From Fibrobacterales bacterium (GTDB taxonomy: Bacteria; Fibrobacterota; Fibrobacteria; Fibrobacterales; JAOPTW01): a stretch of 22,437 nucleotides of DNA. This document shows, in pieces, positions 8,603 to 17,051 of the stretch. The position numbers were made by a program, and so were the translations under genes. The notes below the pieces were generated by a model that did no database searches, was not told where the DNA came from, and was given only the letters and a program-made list of their open reading frames with translations. Each line of letters starts with the position of its first letter. Position 1 is the stretch's first letter. The DNA lies in the NCBI GenBank assembly GCA_051532055.1, contig JAOPTX010000095.1, forward strand, positions 1-22,437. The letters are read 5' to 3'.

Positions 8603-9367
8603 GTGAAAACTATACTATTACTCCTCGGTCTTTTGGTCACTGTTTCTTTTTCAAGAGATACGTTAAAGTTAGCGACCATTGATTACTGCCCTTTTAGCTG
8701 TGATGCACAAGGGCCCCTAGAAAACAAAGGGTTTCTTGTAGATATCATGTATGAGATTGCCCGTACATACGACACCCATATTATTCTCGAAAACTTCCCT
8801 TTTAATCGTTACCTGACCATTGCAAAAAAACCTGAATACGACGGCCTCATAATAATGGGGAAAGATCATATTCCTGACCTTATTTACCCCAAATACACCG
8901 CTGGCTCTCAAGGCTTGATCTTTCTCAAGCGTGCAAACTTCGACTGGGAGTATACCGGAATCCCAAGCCTCAAAAAGGTTACTGTGGGTACTATAAAAAA
9001 TTTCAAGTATTGCGATGATCTTGGTGACTATCTGGCCATACCCAAAAAAGGGAGCAACATAGAGCAACTCTTGGGCACCAACTCTATCAATACCCATATT
9101 CAGAAACTCTCTATGAAACGCATTGACCTCTACATAGAAGGAGAGTTCATCATAAACTACGCCCTTTCTAATAGAAGTGATGCAAGTAATTTCTCAATAG
9201 TTGATCCAGATAAGTGCCGCTACAACAATTATACAGCATTTAACCCATCCTTCAAAAATGCAACTCTTTGGGCAAAGCGCTACTCAAAAGAGATTCTACG
9301 AATGAAGAAAGATGGACGTCTTAGAAAGATTATGAGTGAGTATGGACTTAAGGACCGGCTTCGCTAG
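8603..9367 (+). CDS. Periplasmic solute-binding protein, family 3 (PBP2, amino-acid-binding type); orphan
   Basis: Signal peptide MKTILLLLGLLVTVSFS. Motifs TLKLATIDYCPFSC, GFLVDIMYEI, FPFNR, WEYTGIPSLKKVTVGTIKNFKY, KLSMKRIDLYI, ILRMKKDGRLRKIMSEYGL. No permease or ATPase gene adjacent. Confidence 0.85.
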   Translation: MKTILLLLGLLVTVSFSRDTLKLATIDYCPFSCDAQGPLENKGFLVDIMYEIARTYDTHIILENFPFNRYLTIAKKPEYDGLIIMGKDHIPDLIYPKYTAGSQGLIFLKRANFDWEYTGIPSLKKVTVGTIKNFKYCDDLGDYLAIPKKGSNIEQLLGTNSINTHIQKLSMKRIDLYIEGEFIINYALSNRSDASNFSIVDPDKCRYNNYTAFNPSFKNATLWAKRYSKEILRMKKDGRLRKIMSEYGLKDRLR

Positions 9368-9464
9368 CATTCAAAGCTCTCTTTTAGTTCGCCCATTAGA
9401 GGCATACCGTAGACAGGTCACAAACCCGATACTTTATTTTAATCTATTTTTGAGATGGAGATAT

Positions 9465-9503
9465 AAAAAGGGCACTCCCAATACACAGAAGCGCCCTCTT
9501 TTT
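9465..9503 (-). terminator. Rho-independent terminator of the 9527..9925 gene (possibly bidirectional)
   Basis: Minus-strand RNA stem AGGGCGCUUC / GGAGUGCCCU (10 bp including two G-U pairs) with a 9-nt loop, followed by a U-run. A T-run also follows on the + strand. Confidence 0.7.
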
Positions 9504-9526
9504 CCCACTATGTAAATTGAATCTAT

Positions 9527-9925
9527 TTAGGTCATTGAAGCAACAATGGCTGAGCGCCAGTTTCTAAAGATTTCACGGAGATTATATGAGCTGAGCAATG
9601 AAATGTCGGGAATATTTTCAGTAAGAACTTCACGAAGATATTGATCATTATCCTGCTCCAAAAAATAGGCCTTCTCACGTTCTAAAAAGTGAAGAATACG
9701 CTCCTTAACGACCATTTTTCGCTGTATCATACTTTCGAGCTTCACAAGCATTGGAGCTGATTTTGTTTCGGTCACCGTCTTTTGTGTTTTTGGTTCAAGT
9801 ATTCTCATGGCCAATGTCTGCGATACATAACCTCGCAAATTAGGCTTCGGTTCCTGAGTCTGAATATCCATATCATAACTCGGTATTATTCTTCTTTTTT
9901 CTTTACCCATTAATCGTTTCATCAC
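9527..9925 (-). CDS. Hypothetical cytoplasmic protein (132 aa); C-terminal half weakly resembles the sigma-54 ELH/HTH region
   Basis: Free-standing ORF with G-rich SD-like sequence upstream and its own terminator downstream; helical, charged composition. Confidence 0.7.
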   Translation of the reverse strand: MMKRLMGKEKRRIIPSYDMDIQTQEPKPNLRGYVSQTLAMRILEPKTQKTVTETKSAPMLVKLESMIQRKMVVKERILHFLEREKAYFLEQDNDQYLREVLTENIPDISLLSSYNLREIFRNWRSAIVASMT

Positions 9926-10190
9926 CCCGGTTCCCTACTATGAAGTTTTGACTAATTCTTCTAAGATGTTGATTTTAAACAAATTAAAACAATTACTATT
10001 AATGAAAATAACAACATTTTCACCTTGTAAAGGCATTTTTTACAATTAATTTAAATTTCATCCAGCGTTCACTCCTTTCGAAACAGAAATACTCCTTTCT
10101 TACCACATTCACCAATAGTGAGTATAGATAAGTTTACAAAAGTTTACTCAGAGCTTTTCGGTACTTTATCTAGGTTTATAGAGAGTTTAT

Positions 10191-10199
10191 TGCTACAAT
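10191..10199 (+). promoter_or_regulatory. Candidate extended -10 promoter (TGnTACAAT) upstream of the fibro-slime gene
   Basis: TGCTACAAT about 75 nt upstream of the ATG at 10274. The same GCTACAATG occurs on the minus strand at 20548..20556, upstream of the 18814..20520 gene. Confidence 0.35.
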
Positions 10200-10273
10200 G
10201 GACTCCTACTATTCCTTGGGGGCATCGAATAGCGTACACAAACCACTTTGTCGTACATTTTGAGGTATACTGC

Positions 10274-12985
10274 ATGAAATCATATTATTCACCAATACAC
10301 ATACTGTTGGTCCTTTGCTTGGCATCAACACTCTCTGCACAAAATAAACTCCACCTCAACTCCCCTTGGGACGACGCTATTCCCCACATTGTTATTAACG
10401 GCACCTCTACACCCATGTCACCGGATACGGATCATTGTGGCTGGTACACCTATGAAACACATAACACTCAAGAACTCCATGCATTTTATTTTACCAATAA
10501 TTATAAAGAATTCTATGGCAATGCTGGCGATGATGACACCACATATATTTCACTAGAAGCCATGACCCAAGCCCACAACGACCTTTACCTCCACTTCCCT
10601 TCGAGCACCCTTTTAAATAGCAGTAGCGAACGCCCGAGTATTAGAAATACACAAGAATGTTTGTATGGTATATTAAACGGCGAGATTTTCGATTGGAAAG
10701 CCGGAGATTTTAATAATGCCTTTCAATCAAATGAAAAATGTGAAAATAAAAAAAGAGGACTTGTTAAAAATAAACTGGTCAATGGCCTCCCTGTCCCCTC
10801 TGACAAAGCCGACGGCTGTTTTGCTGAAAGCGTAACCCAGTGGTTTCAAGAAAATTCCGATGCAACAAATAAGACCTGTAAAGACATCAGACTCGATATC
10901 AATAACAAAGGGCTCTTTAGGGCTGATTTTGTTTCCACCGAGACTGACACAACAATAAAAGTCGATGGTGATGATAAAAAAGTCAAACTCATAAGGAATG
11001 GTTACTTCCCTATTGATGATTTTGATAATGATAATAACCTCATTGGTGAAACCTACCCTATTAACAAAAATACAGACACGTCAACCTACCAACACAACTA
11101 TCACTACTGTATGAAAACCACGAACACTTTTACCTACCAAACCGGACAGCGATTCACTTTTACTGGAGATGATGACGTGTGGGTATTTATCAATGATTCC
11201 CTAGCGCTCGACCTCGGAGGAATACACGGTTCAGAAACAGACTCTATTGATCTTGATTCATTCCTACAAGACAGTTTACCAGGAAGTAAAAACACATTTG
11301 CCCTCTTTTATTGTGAACGCCAGACTGTTCAATCAAACTTAACCATCGAAACAGATCTTGACTTTGACAAAGCAACTCGGTACGGCCATTCCAGCGAACC
11401 CAAAGACAATGGACTCCTCTACACAATACTACAAGGAGAGAATAGCTCCGCCGGCTGTAATGGAGGCAGTTCGGTTATAACAAACATCTCAACCTTTTAC
11501 CTCAAGCATGGGGAACCTGAAAGTGGTGACAATCCAACTGATTTTAAAGAGCTCACCCCAGGAGAAACATACAAGGGGGGCATTGAGGTTCGCAGCAACA
11601 AACACCAAGTCTTTATCGATGTCACCGATATAGACGGACTCCTCCCCGGTACCTATACTATCTATTACAAAACAACCGATGAAGACCATAATGATTACGG
11701 CTCATTTACCTTTTTTGTTACCGCCGAATCAGAAATAAAAAAAGGACGCCCTCTCGAAGATCCTGAACGTGAAGGAGGTTACCACTCGTATATCGACACT
11801 GATAGCGATGGTACTCTCGATAGAATCCAACTCTACTATAAAGAGATTCCCTCTCTCACTGCTCTCGATCACCAAAACATCACTTTTCACTGGCCTCATT
11901 CAAAAGGAACGTCCCTCGTACCACAAATAGGTGAATGGGGGCAGGTTGATGACAGTCACTATTTTTATTGGACTATACCTGAGCGCTATACCATTAAAGA
12001 ATATACGACGAGCATCACCGAAGAACGGTTTGAAACCGCTACAGTGACGGTAAAGGCAGATGATGGTACTGACTCCCTCTATACCTTTCCTATCCTCGAT
12101 CGCATGCCACCGGTTATTAAAAGTGCTGAACTGGTCAGTAAACCTGATATTGACCGACTCCTCATAACACTCTCTGAGCCTGTTGAGACTGATGATGAAG
12201 ACCTCCTTACTGCATATGAATCTCACAGTAGAGATGAAGATTTCTTCGAAACAGTCCCCGGCGATTCTTCTACATTAAACCAACTGGAATTTGGCGAGAC
12301 GCAACATCTTCTTATTATTGAGGTTGAGGATGAACACCCAGTAAGACGCGGAGATTTATTACGAATACGAAACATTAACAACGGTATTATAGATGCAGAA
12401 GGAAACCGCCCTGGCGATAGCACTCAAGTGGTGCTGGTAAATGCCGAGCTCAAAACAACTATGGGTACCAGTAATTATACCGTTTTGGAACACGAAACCT
12501 TTGAAAACCCTGATGAAATATTTAAGCCCGCTGTTTCTCTCATCCCCGTCGGTTCTCCTCTTGATTCAAATAGAGCAGGACTACAAAAAATGATCAACAT
12601 GTATGAGGTACTCTATGATAAGCTGGGCAGTAAAGCGAGAGGGCTTGTCCGCCCCGAGCGGTATTCCTTCGTCATAACCATGCACACCTTCTCTGCACTC
12701 GGCCAATTTATTAATACGTCATCTATTGAAATCAACTGTGGTGATCTCGAAATCTTTGATGGCGACTGCACATCAGTGAGCCCGAATATGGGTGAAGCGA
12801 TTGCTATCTACCCTCCCTATTACGCTCAAAATAATCGAATGCTGGGAAGTGGCATCTATATTGTGGCTTCTGAAAGCTACTACAAATACACTCAAGGTGA
12901 ACAGGGTGACGATGACTATGAAGTCATACGCACCGCCCCTATTTCAGAGCTCTTTAAGTATGGCCTAATTCGAAAAGGCCACTAA
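10274..12985 (+). CDS. Fibro-slime (PA14-related) domain surface protein with Fibrobacter-type C-terminal domain
   Basis: Start moved to ATG 10274 (SD GAGGT at 10262; signal peptide MKSYYSPIHILLVLCLASTLSA-Q). Fibro-slime motifs: YFPIDDF, HNYHYCM...FTYQTGQRFTFTGDDDVWVFINDSLALDLGGIH...FYCERQTVQSN. Also DTDSDG (Ca-binding-like loop) and C-terminal TFSALGQFIN...C...FDGDC...RMLGSGIYIV. Confidence 0.88.
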   Translation: MKSYYSPIHILLVLCLASTLSAQNKLHLNSPWDDAIPHIVINGTSTPMSPDTDHCGWYTYETHNTQELHAFYFTNNYKEFYGNAGDDDTTYISLEAMTQAHNDLYLHFPSSTLLNSSSERPSIRNTQECLYGILNGEIFDWKAGDFNNAFQSNEKCENKKRGLVKNKLVNGLPVPSDKADGCFAESVTQWFQENSDATNKTCKDIRLDINNKGLFRADFVSTETDTTIKVDGDDKKVKLIRNGYFPIDDFDNDNNLIGETYPINKNTDTSTYQHNYHYCMKTTNTFTYQTGQRFTFTGDDDVWVFINDSLALDLGGIHGSETDSIDLDSFLQDSLPGSKNTFALFYCERQTVQSNLTIETDLDFDKATRYGHSSEPKDNGLLYTILQGENSSAGCNGGSSVITNISTFYLKHGEPESGDNPTDFKELTPGETYKGGIEVRSNKHQVFIDVTDIDGLLPGTYTIYYKTTDEDHNDYGSFTFFVTAESEIKKGRPLEDPEREGGYHSYIDTDSDGTLDRIQLYYKEIPSLTALDHQNITFHWPHSKGTSLVPQIGEWGQVDDSHYFYWTIPERYTIKEYTTSITEERFETATVTVKADDGTDSLYTFPILDRMPPVIKSAELVSKPDIDRLLITLSEPVETDDEDLLTAYESHSRDEDFFETVPGDSSTLNQLEFGETQHLLIIEVEDEHPVRRGDLLRIRNINNGIIDAEGNRPGDSTQVVLVNAELKTTMGTSNYTVLEHETFENPDEIFKPAVSLIPVGSPLDSNRAGLQKMINMYEVLYDKLGSKARGLVRPERYSFVITMHTFSALGQFINTSSIEINCGDLEIFDGDCTSVSPNMGEAIAIYPPYYAQNNRMLGSGIYIVASESYYKYTQGEQGDDDYEVIRTAPISELFKYGLIRKGH

Positions 12986-12988
12986 CAC

Positions 12989-14518
12989 CTATGACAGTAA
13001 TGTACCCATCTCTGTTGATGGGTAAATCTCCTCATAGTTCATTACTGCAGTAGCACTCACTCGTCGGTTTATGTGATGCCGGTACAGCTGCCTATGATCA
13101 GGAATACCCGCAGCTGCAATAAGCTCATTGAAACTCTCTAACGTTAAGTGATGGTACTGAGAAATACGTATTGACTTATCAGCAACATTGAGGCCTTTCA
13201 TGAGTGACGGGTCTTGAGTCGCAACTCCCACGGGACAATTATTCTTATTACAGTTCAGTGCCTGAATACACCCAATCGACATCATCATCCCCCGTGCACT
13301 ATTAACCATATCAGCTCCTAAAGCCAAAGCACGTACAATATGAAATCCACTGGTAATTTTACCCGTTGCAATAATTTTTATCTCTTTCTTAAGGCCAAAG
13401 CCAACCAAAGTATTTGAAGCAAATGCCAAAGCATCACGCAGTGGCATCCCAAGTGAATTTGAGAATTCCACCGGCGCTGCTCCCGTCCCCCCTTCACCAC
13501 CATCAATCGTGATAAAATCGGGGGTTACCCCGCTCGCAACCATCTCTCTGCAGAGGGCAACAAACTGCTCTTCAATACCGATGCACAGCTTAAACCCAAC
13601 GGGTTTACCGCCCGACAACTCACGAAGCTGCTGCACAAAAGCTAATAGTTCTGTAGGGTTAGAAAACATTGAATGAGAAGGGGGCGAATGAACCGTCACC
13701 CCTGGCTCGACACCACGAATTGCGGCAATCTCCGGCGTATTTTTATTGCCCGGCAATATTCCACCATGACCCGGCTTTGCCCCCTGAGATATTTTTATCT
13801 CAATCATTTTTACTGAATCACGAGCGGCATTTTCTTTAAAAGCCTCAGGAGAGAATTGTCCATCAGTAGTGCGACAGCCAAAGTATCCGGTGCCAATTTG
13901 CCACACGAGGTCACCACCATGTTGAAGATGATGCGGTGAAATGGAGCCTTCCCCAGTATTTTGAGAAAACCGTCCTATCTTAGCACCTTTATTTATGGCA
14001 AGTACCGCATTTTTACTCAGAGACCCATAACTCATAGCCGACACATTTAAGATACTCGCTGAATAAGGCTGAGTACAGTGCTTTCCGCCAACCATAACTC
14101 TTAACAATGAACTATGAGTCACCGACTGATTAATATACATTGAATGCGCGAGCCACTCATAGCCCACCCGGTACACATCCATCTGTGTACCAAAGGGAAT
14201 AGTGTCATTAGTCTTTTTGGCGCGCTGATAAATAAGGTTTCTAAAGATCCGATTAAAAGGGGTCCCTTCGGTATCGGTTTCTACAAAGTACTGCATGATC
14301 TCAGGTCGTATTTTTTCTAAGAAATAACGCCCATGCCCTATTATCGGGAAATTTCGTTTAATCGCATGCTTCTTTTGCATCATGTCGCTCACCCCTAACA
14401 GGACTACGGGACCGACAATAACAAAACTCCACACTGCGGGCTGCCACACAACAGAAACGCCTGCGATGGCTCCTACGGTCACCAAAGAGGTTTTTACAAA
14501 TACCTTACGTACACTCAT
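12989..14518 (-). CDS. FMN-binding glutamate synthase family protein (stand-alone FMN/3Fe-4S domain with N-terminal membrane segment, YerD-like)
   Basis: Motifs NVSAMSYGSLS, NTGEGSIS, WQIGTGYFGCR, MIEIKISQGAKPGHGGILPG, GGKPVGFKLC, DFITIDGGEGGTGAAP, ALGAD and CIQALNCNKNNCPVG (3Fe-4S). There is no glutamine amidotransferase domain. Confidence 0.93.
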   Translation of the reverse strand: MSVRKVFVKTSLVTVGAIAGVSVVWQPAVWSFVIVGPVVLLGVSDMMQKKHAIKRNFPIIGHGRYFLEKIRPEIMQYFVETDTEGTPFNRIFRNLIYQRAKKTNDTIPFGTQMDVYRVGYEWLAHSMYINQSVTHSSLLRVMVGGKHCTQPYSASILNVSAMSYGSLSKNAVLAINKGAKIGRFSQNTGEGSISPHHLQHGGDLVWQIGTGYFGCRTTDGQFSPEAFKENAARDSVKMIEIKISQGAKPGHGGILPGNKNTPEIAAIRGVEPGVTVHSPPSHSMFSNPTELLAFVQQLRELSGGKPVGFKLCIGIEEQFVALCREMVASGVTPDFITIDGGEGGTGAAPVEFSNSLGMPLRDALAFASNTLVGFGLKKEIKIIATGKITSGFHIVRALALGADMVNSARGMMMSIGCIQALNCNKNNCPVGVATQDPSLMKGLNVADKSIRISQYHHLTLESFNELIAAAGIPDHRQLYRHHINRRVSATAVMNYEEIYPSTEMGTLLS

Positions 14519-14619
14519 CTACAGATCCTTTAGGCACTTTCGCCCGACCTTAGCTTACTCTGTACATATATGTAACTATTTTAAAGGAGTACCACGGGTG
14601 TTTTTACAAGTTATTCACT

Positions 14620-14943
14620 CTAACACTTAGTGATTGTAGAAGCAAATTCTTGTACCGTTGTAAAAATTGATTCCGGAAGCGCATAGATATCGATACAGTT
14701 ACGCGAAACTCCAAAAGAAACTGCGAAAAGAAGGTCTTCATTGTTATAGCCCTTCTCGATCTCAATAATCTGTTCTTCTGCTTCGGCAATGGCAATACGT
14801 GCTTCTTGAAGATTACATAACTCTTCTTTCCAATCATCAAGATTTTCATAAAGCAGTTCAGATATTTTTGTAATATCTTTCTGTAATCCCTCTTCAACCA
14901 ACGTTCTTATTTTTGCGCGTTCAGCTATAGATAACGTATCCAT
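14620..14943 (-). CDS. Hypothetical helical protein (~107 aa)
   Basis: Start moved to ATG 14943 (SD-like AAGGGA upstream). Acidic amphipathic helices (LVEEGLQKD...LDDWKE...LLFAVSFGVSRNCIDIYALPE), recalled as similar to uncharacterised small bacterial proteins. Confidence 0.72.
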   Translation of the reverse strand: MDTLSIAERAKIRTLVEEGLQKDITKISELLYENLDDWKEELCNLQEARIAIAEAEEQIIEIEKGYNNEDLLFAVSFGVSRNCIDIYALPESIFTTVQEFASTITKC

Positions 14944-14973
14944 GGAGTGTTCCCTTCTAGTCAATTCATCACC

Positions 14974-15006
14974 ACATCTATTCTTAAGTATAATAAGAGT
15001 AGATGT
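14974..15006. promoter_or_regulatory. 13-bp inverted repeat (one mismatch) flanking a -10-like hexamer
   Basis: ACATCTATTCTTA-AGTATAA-TAAGAGTAGATGT. The centre reads TATACT on the minus strand and TATAAT on the plus strand. Confidence 0.45.
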
Positions 15007-15049
15007 TTTATAGGATAAATATCAAACGTACCGTGATATTTTCATCACT

Positions 15050-15604
15050 TTAACTTCTACTATTAAGCTCTTCAATAACTTTGATTCGACTCTGTTTTAA
15101 CACTCTCTTACTTTTTTTATCCGAAGACTGGGCTTCTTCATCAGCATAATAATCGATAAGCCAGTTGAGTTCTTTTTCACCCAACTCTTCTATATCACAA
15201 TATTGAAGGTCTGAATCCAAAACTACGGGGGCCTTTTTTTTCGACGCGTTACTCCCTTCATTCGATTTATCAATAGCCTCGAGGGTTGTTCTTCTGAAGC
15301 TATTAGAATCAAGTGCAGTTACTTTGCGAAATGCCAAATACTCATCATAAATTGAATCATCAAGATAGACGAGTCCATTAGCAGAATTGTCACGATCCTG
15401 ACCATCCTGTTGCGGTTCATAGACCGAAAATCCTTCACCGCTTTCAGTATCGATATAACTACTGTAGGTACCCAACTCTTTTTTAAGCGTTCGGCCATCA
15501 AAATAGAGACTGCGCCCTGACTTTGAAAAGGAGACTTTACAAATCCAAGCAGGTCCAACGTGGTCGGATCCTATATTGAGTTCAATATATTTAATGTCTT
15601 TCAA
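15050..15604 (-). CDS. Conserved hypothetical protein (YIEL...GPAWI...FSKSGRSLYF family)
   Basis: TTG start with SD GAGGAG. The N-terminal beta-rich domain YIELNIGSDHVGPAWICKVSFSKSGRSLYFDGR...YIDTESGE...DGQDR matches a widespread uncharacterised family I recall. C-terminal helical hairpin. Confidence 0.78.
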   Translation of the reverse strand: MKDIKYIELNIGSDHVGPAWICKVSFSKSGRSLYFDGRTLKKELGTYSSYIDTESGEGFSVYEPQQDGQDRDNSANGLVYLDDSIYDEYLAFRKVTALDSNSFRRTTLEAIDKSNEGSNASKKKAPVVLDSDLQYCDIEELGEKELNWLIDYYADEEAQSSDKKSKRVLKQSRIKVIEELNSRS

Positions 15605-15761
15605 TGAAGTCTCTCCTCTAAATTATGGGTAATATACTCAACTATAATCCATACAGATAGAGCATAAACCACATAAATGACGGTCTTATCCAAAAATGCA
15701 AAATTATTTAGGATCAAGGATAACTTTGTTTCCTCTGTCCATATAACCCCATAATTCCTGA

Positions 15762-16889
15762 CTAGAATATCATAGAAATGAGGTAATAACAAAGCCCACT
15801 AATAAGCGCTGCAATGGGAAGGGTCATTATCCATGAAAATACAATATTTCTAATGACGGTAAGATCTACCTTTTTTGAAACGGTACTAATGCCAAATATT
15901 GAACCGACTGATACATGAGTTGTCGAAACAGGCATCCCGTGGATACTTGCCGTTGTTACGAGCAGACCCGTTACAAGATTCGCTGTAAATCCTTGTCCAT
16001 TACTCATACTGGTAATTTTTTTACTTACCGTCTCACCCACTTTACGGGCATTTAAAAGCCCCCCGATTGCCATAGCCAAAGCAATGGCAATCATACCATA
16101 ACTAATATTAAAAGCATTAACGATAAGAAGCAGCCCTACAATCTTTGGAGTATCATTTAAACCGCGTGCAAAACTCACTACGCCCGCACTGATAAAATGG
16201 AAAAACCGCAAAACAGATTCTTCAGTTATTGCAAGACGAGTCCCTTCTGAAGGAACGGCACACTCAGCGTGACTCCCATAGGATAGTGTTGGTGTCGACT
16301 CATTAAAGAAGAGAGCATTCCCTCCTCCACTACTGGTAATAGAAGGTCCTGTGCCTACACAGAGACAATCATTGCTGGCTACTTCTGTTGAGTGCTTTTT
16401 GAGAGCACGAACTTTTTTTATAATGAGGTATATACTTAAACTAACCACTGCAGCCATTATAGGACTGACAATAAGAGGAAAAAGAAACACAGAAAGGAGT
16501 CGTTCAAAATTAAAGAGCATGCCCACAGCCACCACTCCCGCACCAAAGAGCGCTCCTACTAATCCATGAGTGGTAGAAATTGGCATGCCAATACGGGTAG
16601 CGAGCAAAACGGTAATTGCTGCTCCCAGTGCAATTGAGGTACCAAACTCAGGGGTTTGTAAAATCTCTACCGGTACCAAACCTTTGCCCGAGAAGTTTTT
16701 TACCAAAGCCGAAGCAAGAAAGATAGAAGTGACCGACCCTAAAAAGGTGGTGATGGTTGCCCACCGGATCGCCACTTTATAATTGGTGCTATTGGTACCA
16801 AAAAGGGTTGCAACTCCTTTAAAATTATCATTTGCCCCATTACTGTAGGCTAAAAAAAGTGCAGCGAAGAAGAGTGCTATGGTAATCAT
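15762..16889 (-). CDS. PiT-family (PHO4) inorganic phosphate/anion transporter, divergent subgroup
   Basis: Start moved to ATG 16889 (SD GGAG). Signature motifs SNGANDNFKG and RGLNDTPK, GMPISTTH and GMPVSTTH; multiple transmembrane helices. Confidence 0.9.
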   Translation of the reverse strand: MITIALFFAALFLAYSNGANDNFKGVATLFGTNSTNYKVAIRWATITTFLGSVTSIFLASALVKNFSGKGLVPVEILQTPEFGTSIALGAAITVLLATRIGMPISTTHGLVGALFGAGVVAVGMLFNFERLLSVFLFPLIVSPIMAAVVSLSIYLIIKKVRALKKHSTEVASNDCLCVGTGPSITSSGGGNALFFNESTPTLSYGSHAECAVPSEGTRLAITEESVLRFFHFISAGVVSFARGLNDTPKIVGLLLIVNAFNISYGMIAIALAMAIGGLLNARKVGETVSKKITSMSNGQGFTANLVTGLLVTTASIHGMPVSTTHVSVGSIFGISTVSKKVDLTVIRNIVFSWIMTLPIAALISGLCYYLISMIF

Positions 16890-16965
16890 ACCGTGCTCCA
16901 GAAGTTTTGTTACTTCTTTAGTATTGGAGTTGAGGCAACCATTACACACTTTATAGAATTTTTTT

Positions 16966-17002
16966 AAAAAGGTAGTAATTGTGCCTAAAAGACCCAATTA
17001 CT
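16966..17002 (-). terminator. Possible terminator downstream of the CotH gene
   Basis: Minus-strand AGUAAUUG...CAAUUACU (8-bp stem, with extra inner pairing) followed by ACCUUUUU. Confidence 0.4.
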
Positions 17003-17051
17003 GGGATTTGAGCAATAACAATTCAAAATAGCCCTATAGGTATGGTACTTT

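Noticed and set aside
10118..10273. 52-aa N-terminal extension of the fibro-slime ORF
   Set aside because: The signal peptide and SD (GAGGT) fit ATG 10274, and the extension contains a promoter-like TGCTACAAT.
12989..14518. Calling this gltB (glutamate synthase large subunit)
   Set aside because: Only the FMN/3Fe-4S domain is present (509 aa), with no amidotransferase domain and no gltD neighbour.
14604..14897. Alternative-frame 97-aa ORF overlapping the 107-aa gene
   Set aside because: Same-strand overlap with an ORF that has a better start, SD and protein-like composition.
15601..15792. 63-aa minus-strand ORF bridging PiT and the 184-aa gene
   Set aside because: It overlaps the PiT 3' end by 31 nt, has no SD or recognisable motif, and spans AT-rich promoter-like DNA. 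It cannot be fully excluded.
16890..16997. 36-aa N-terminal extension of the PiT ORF
   Set aside because: PiT homology starts at MITIALFF with SD GGAG. The extension overlaps a terminator-like hairpin.
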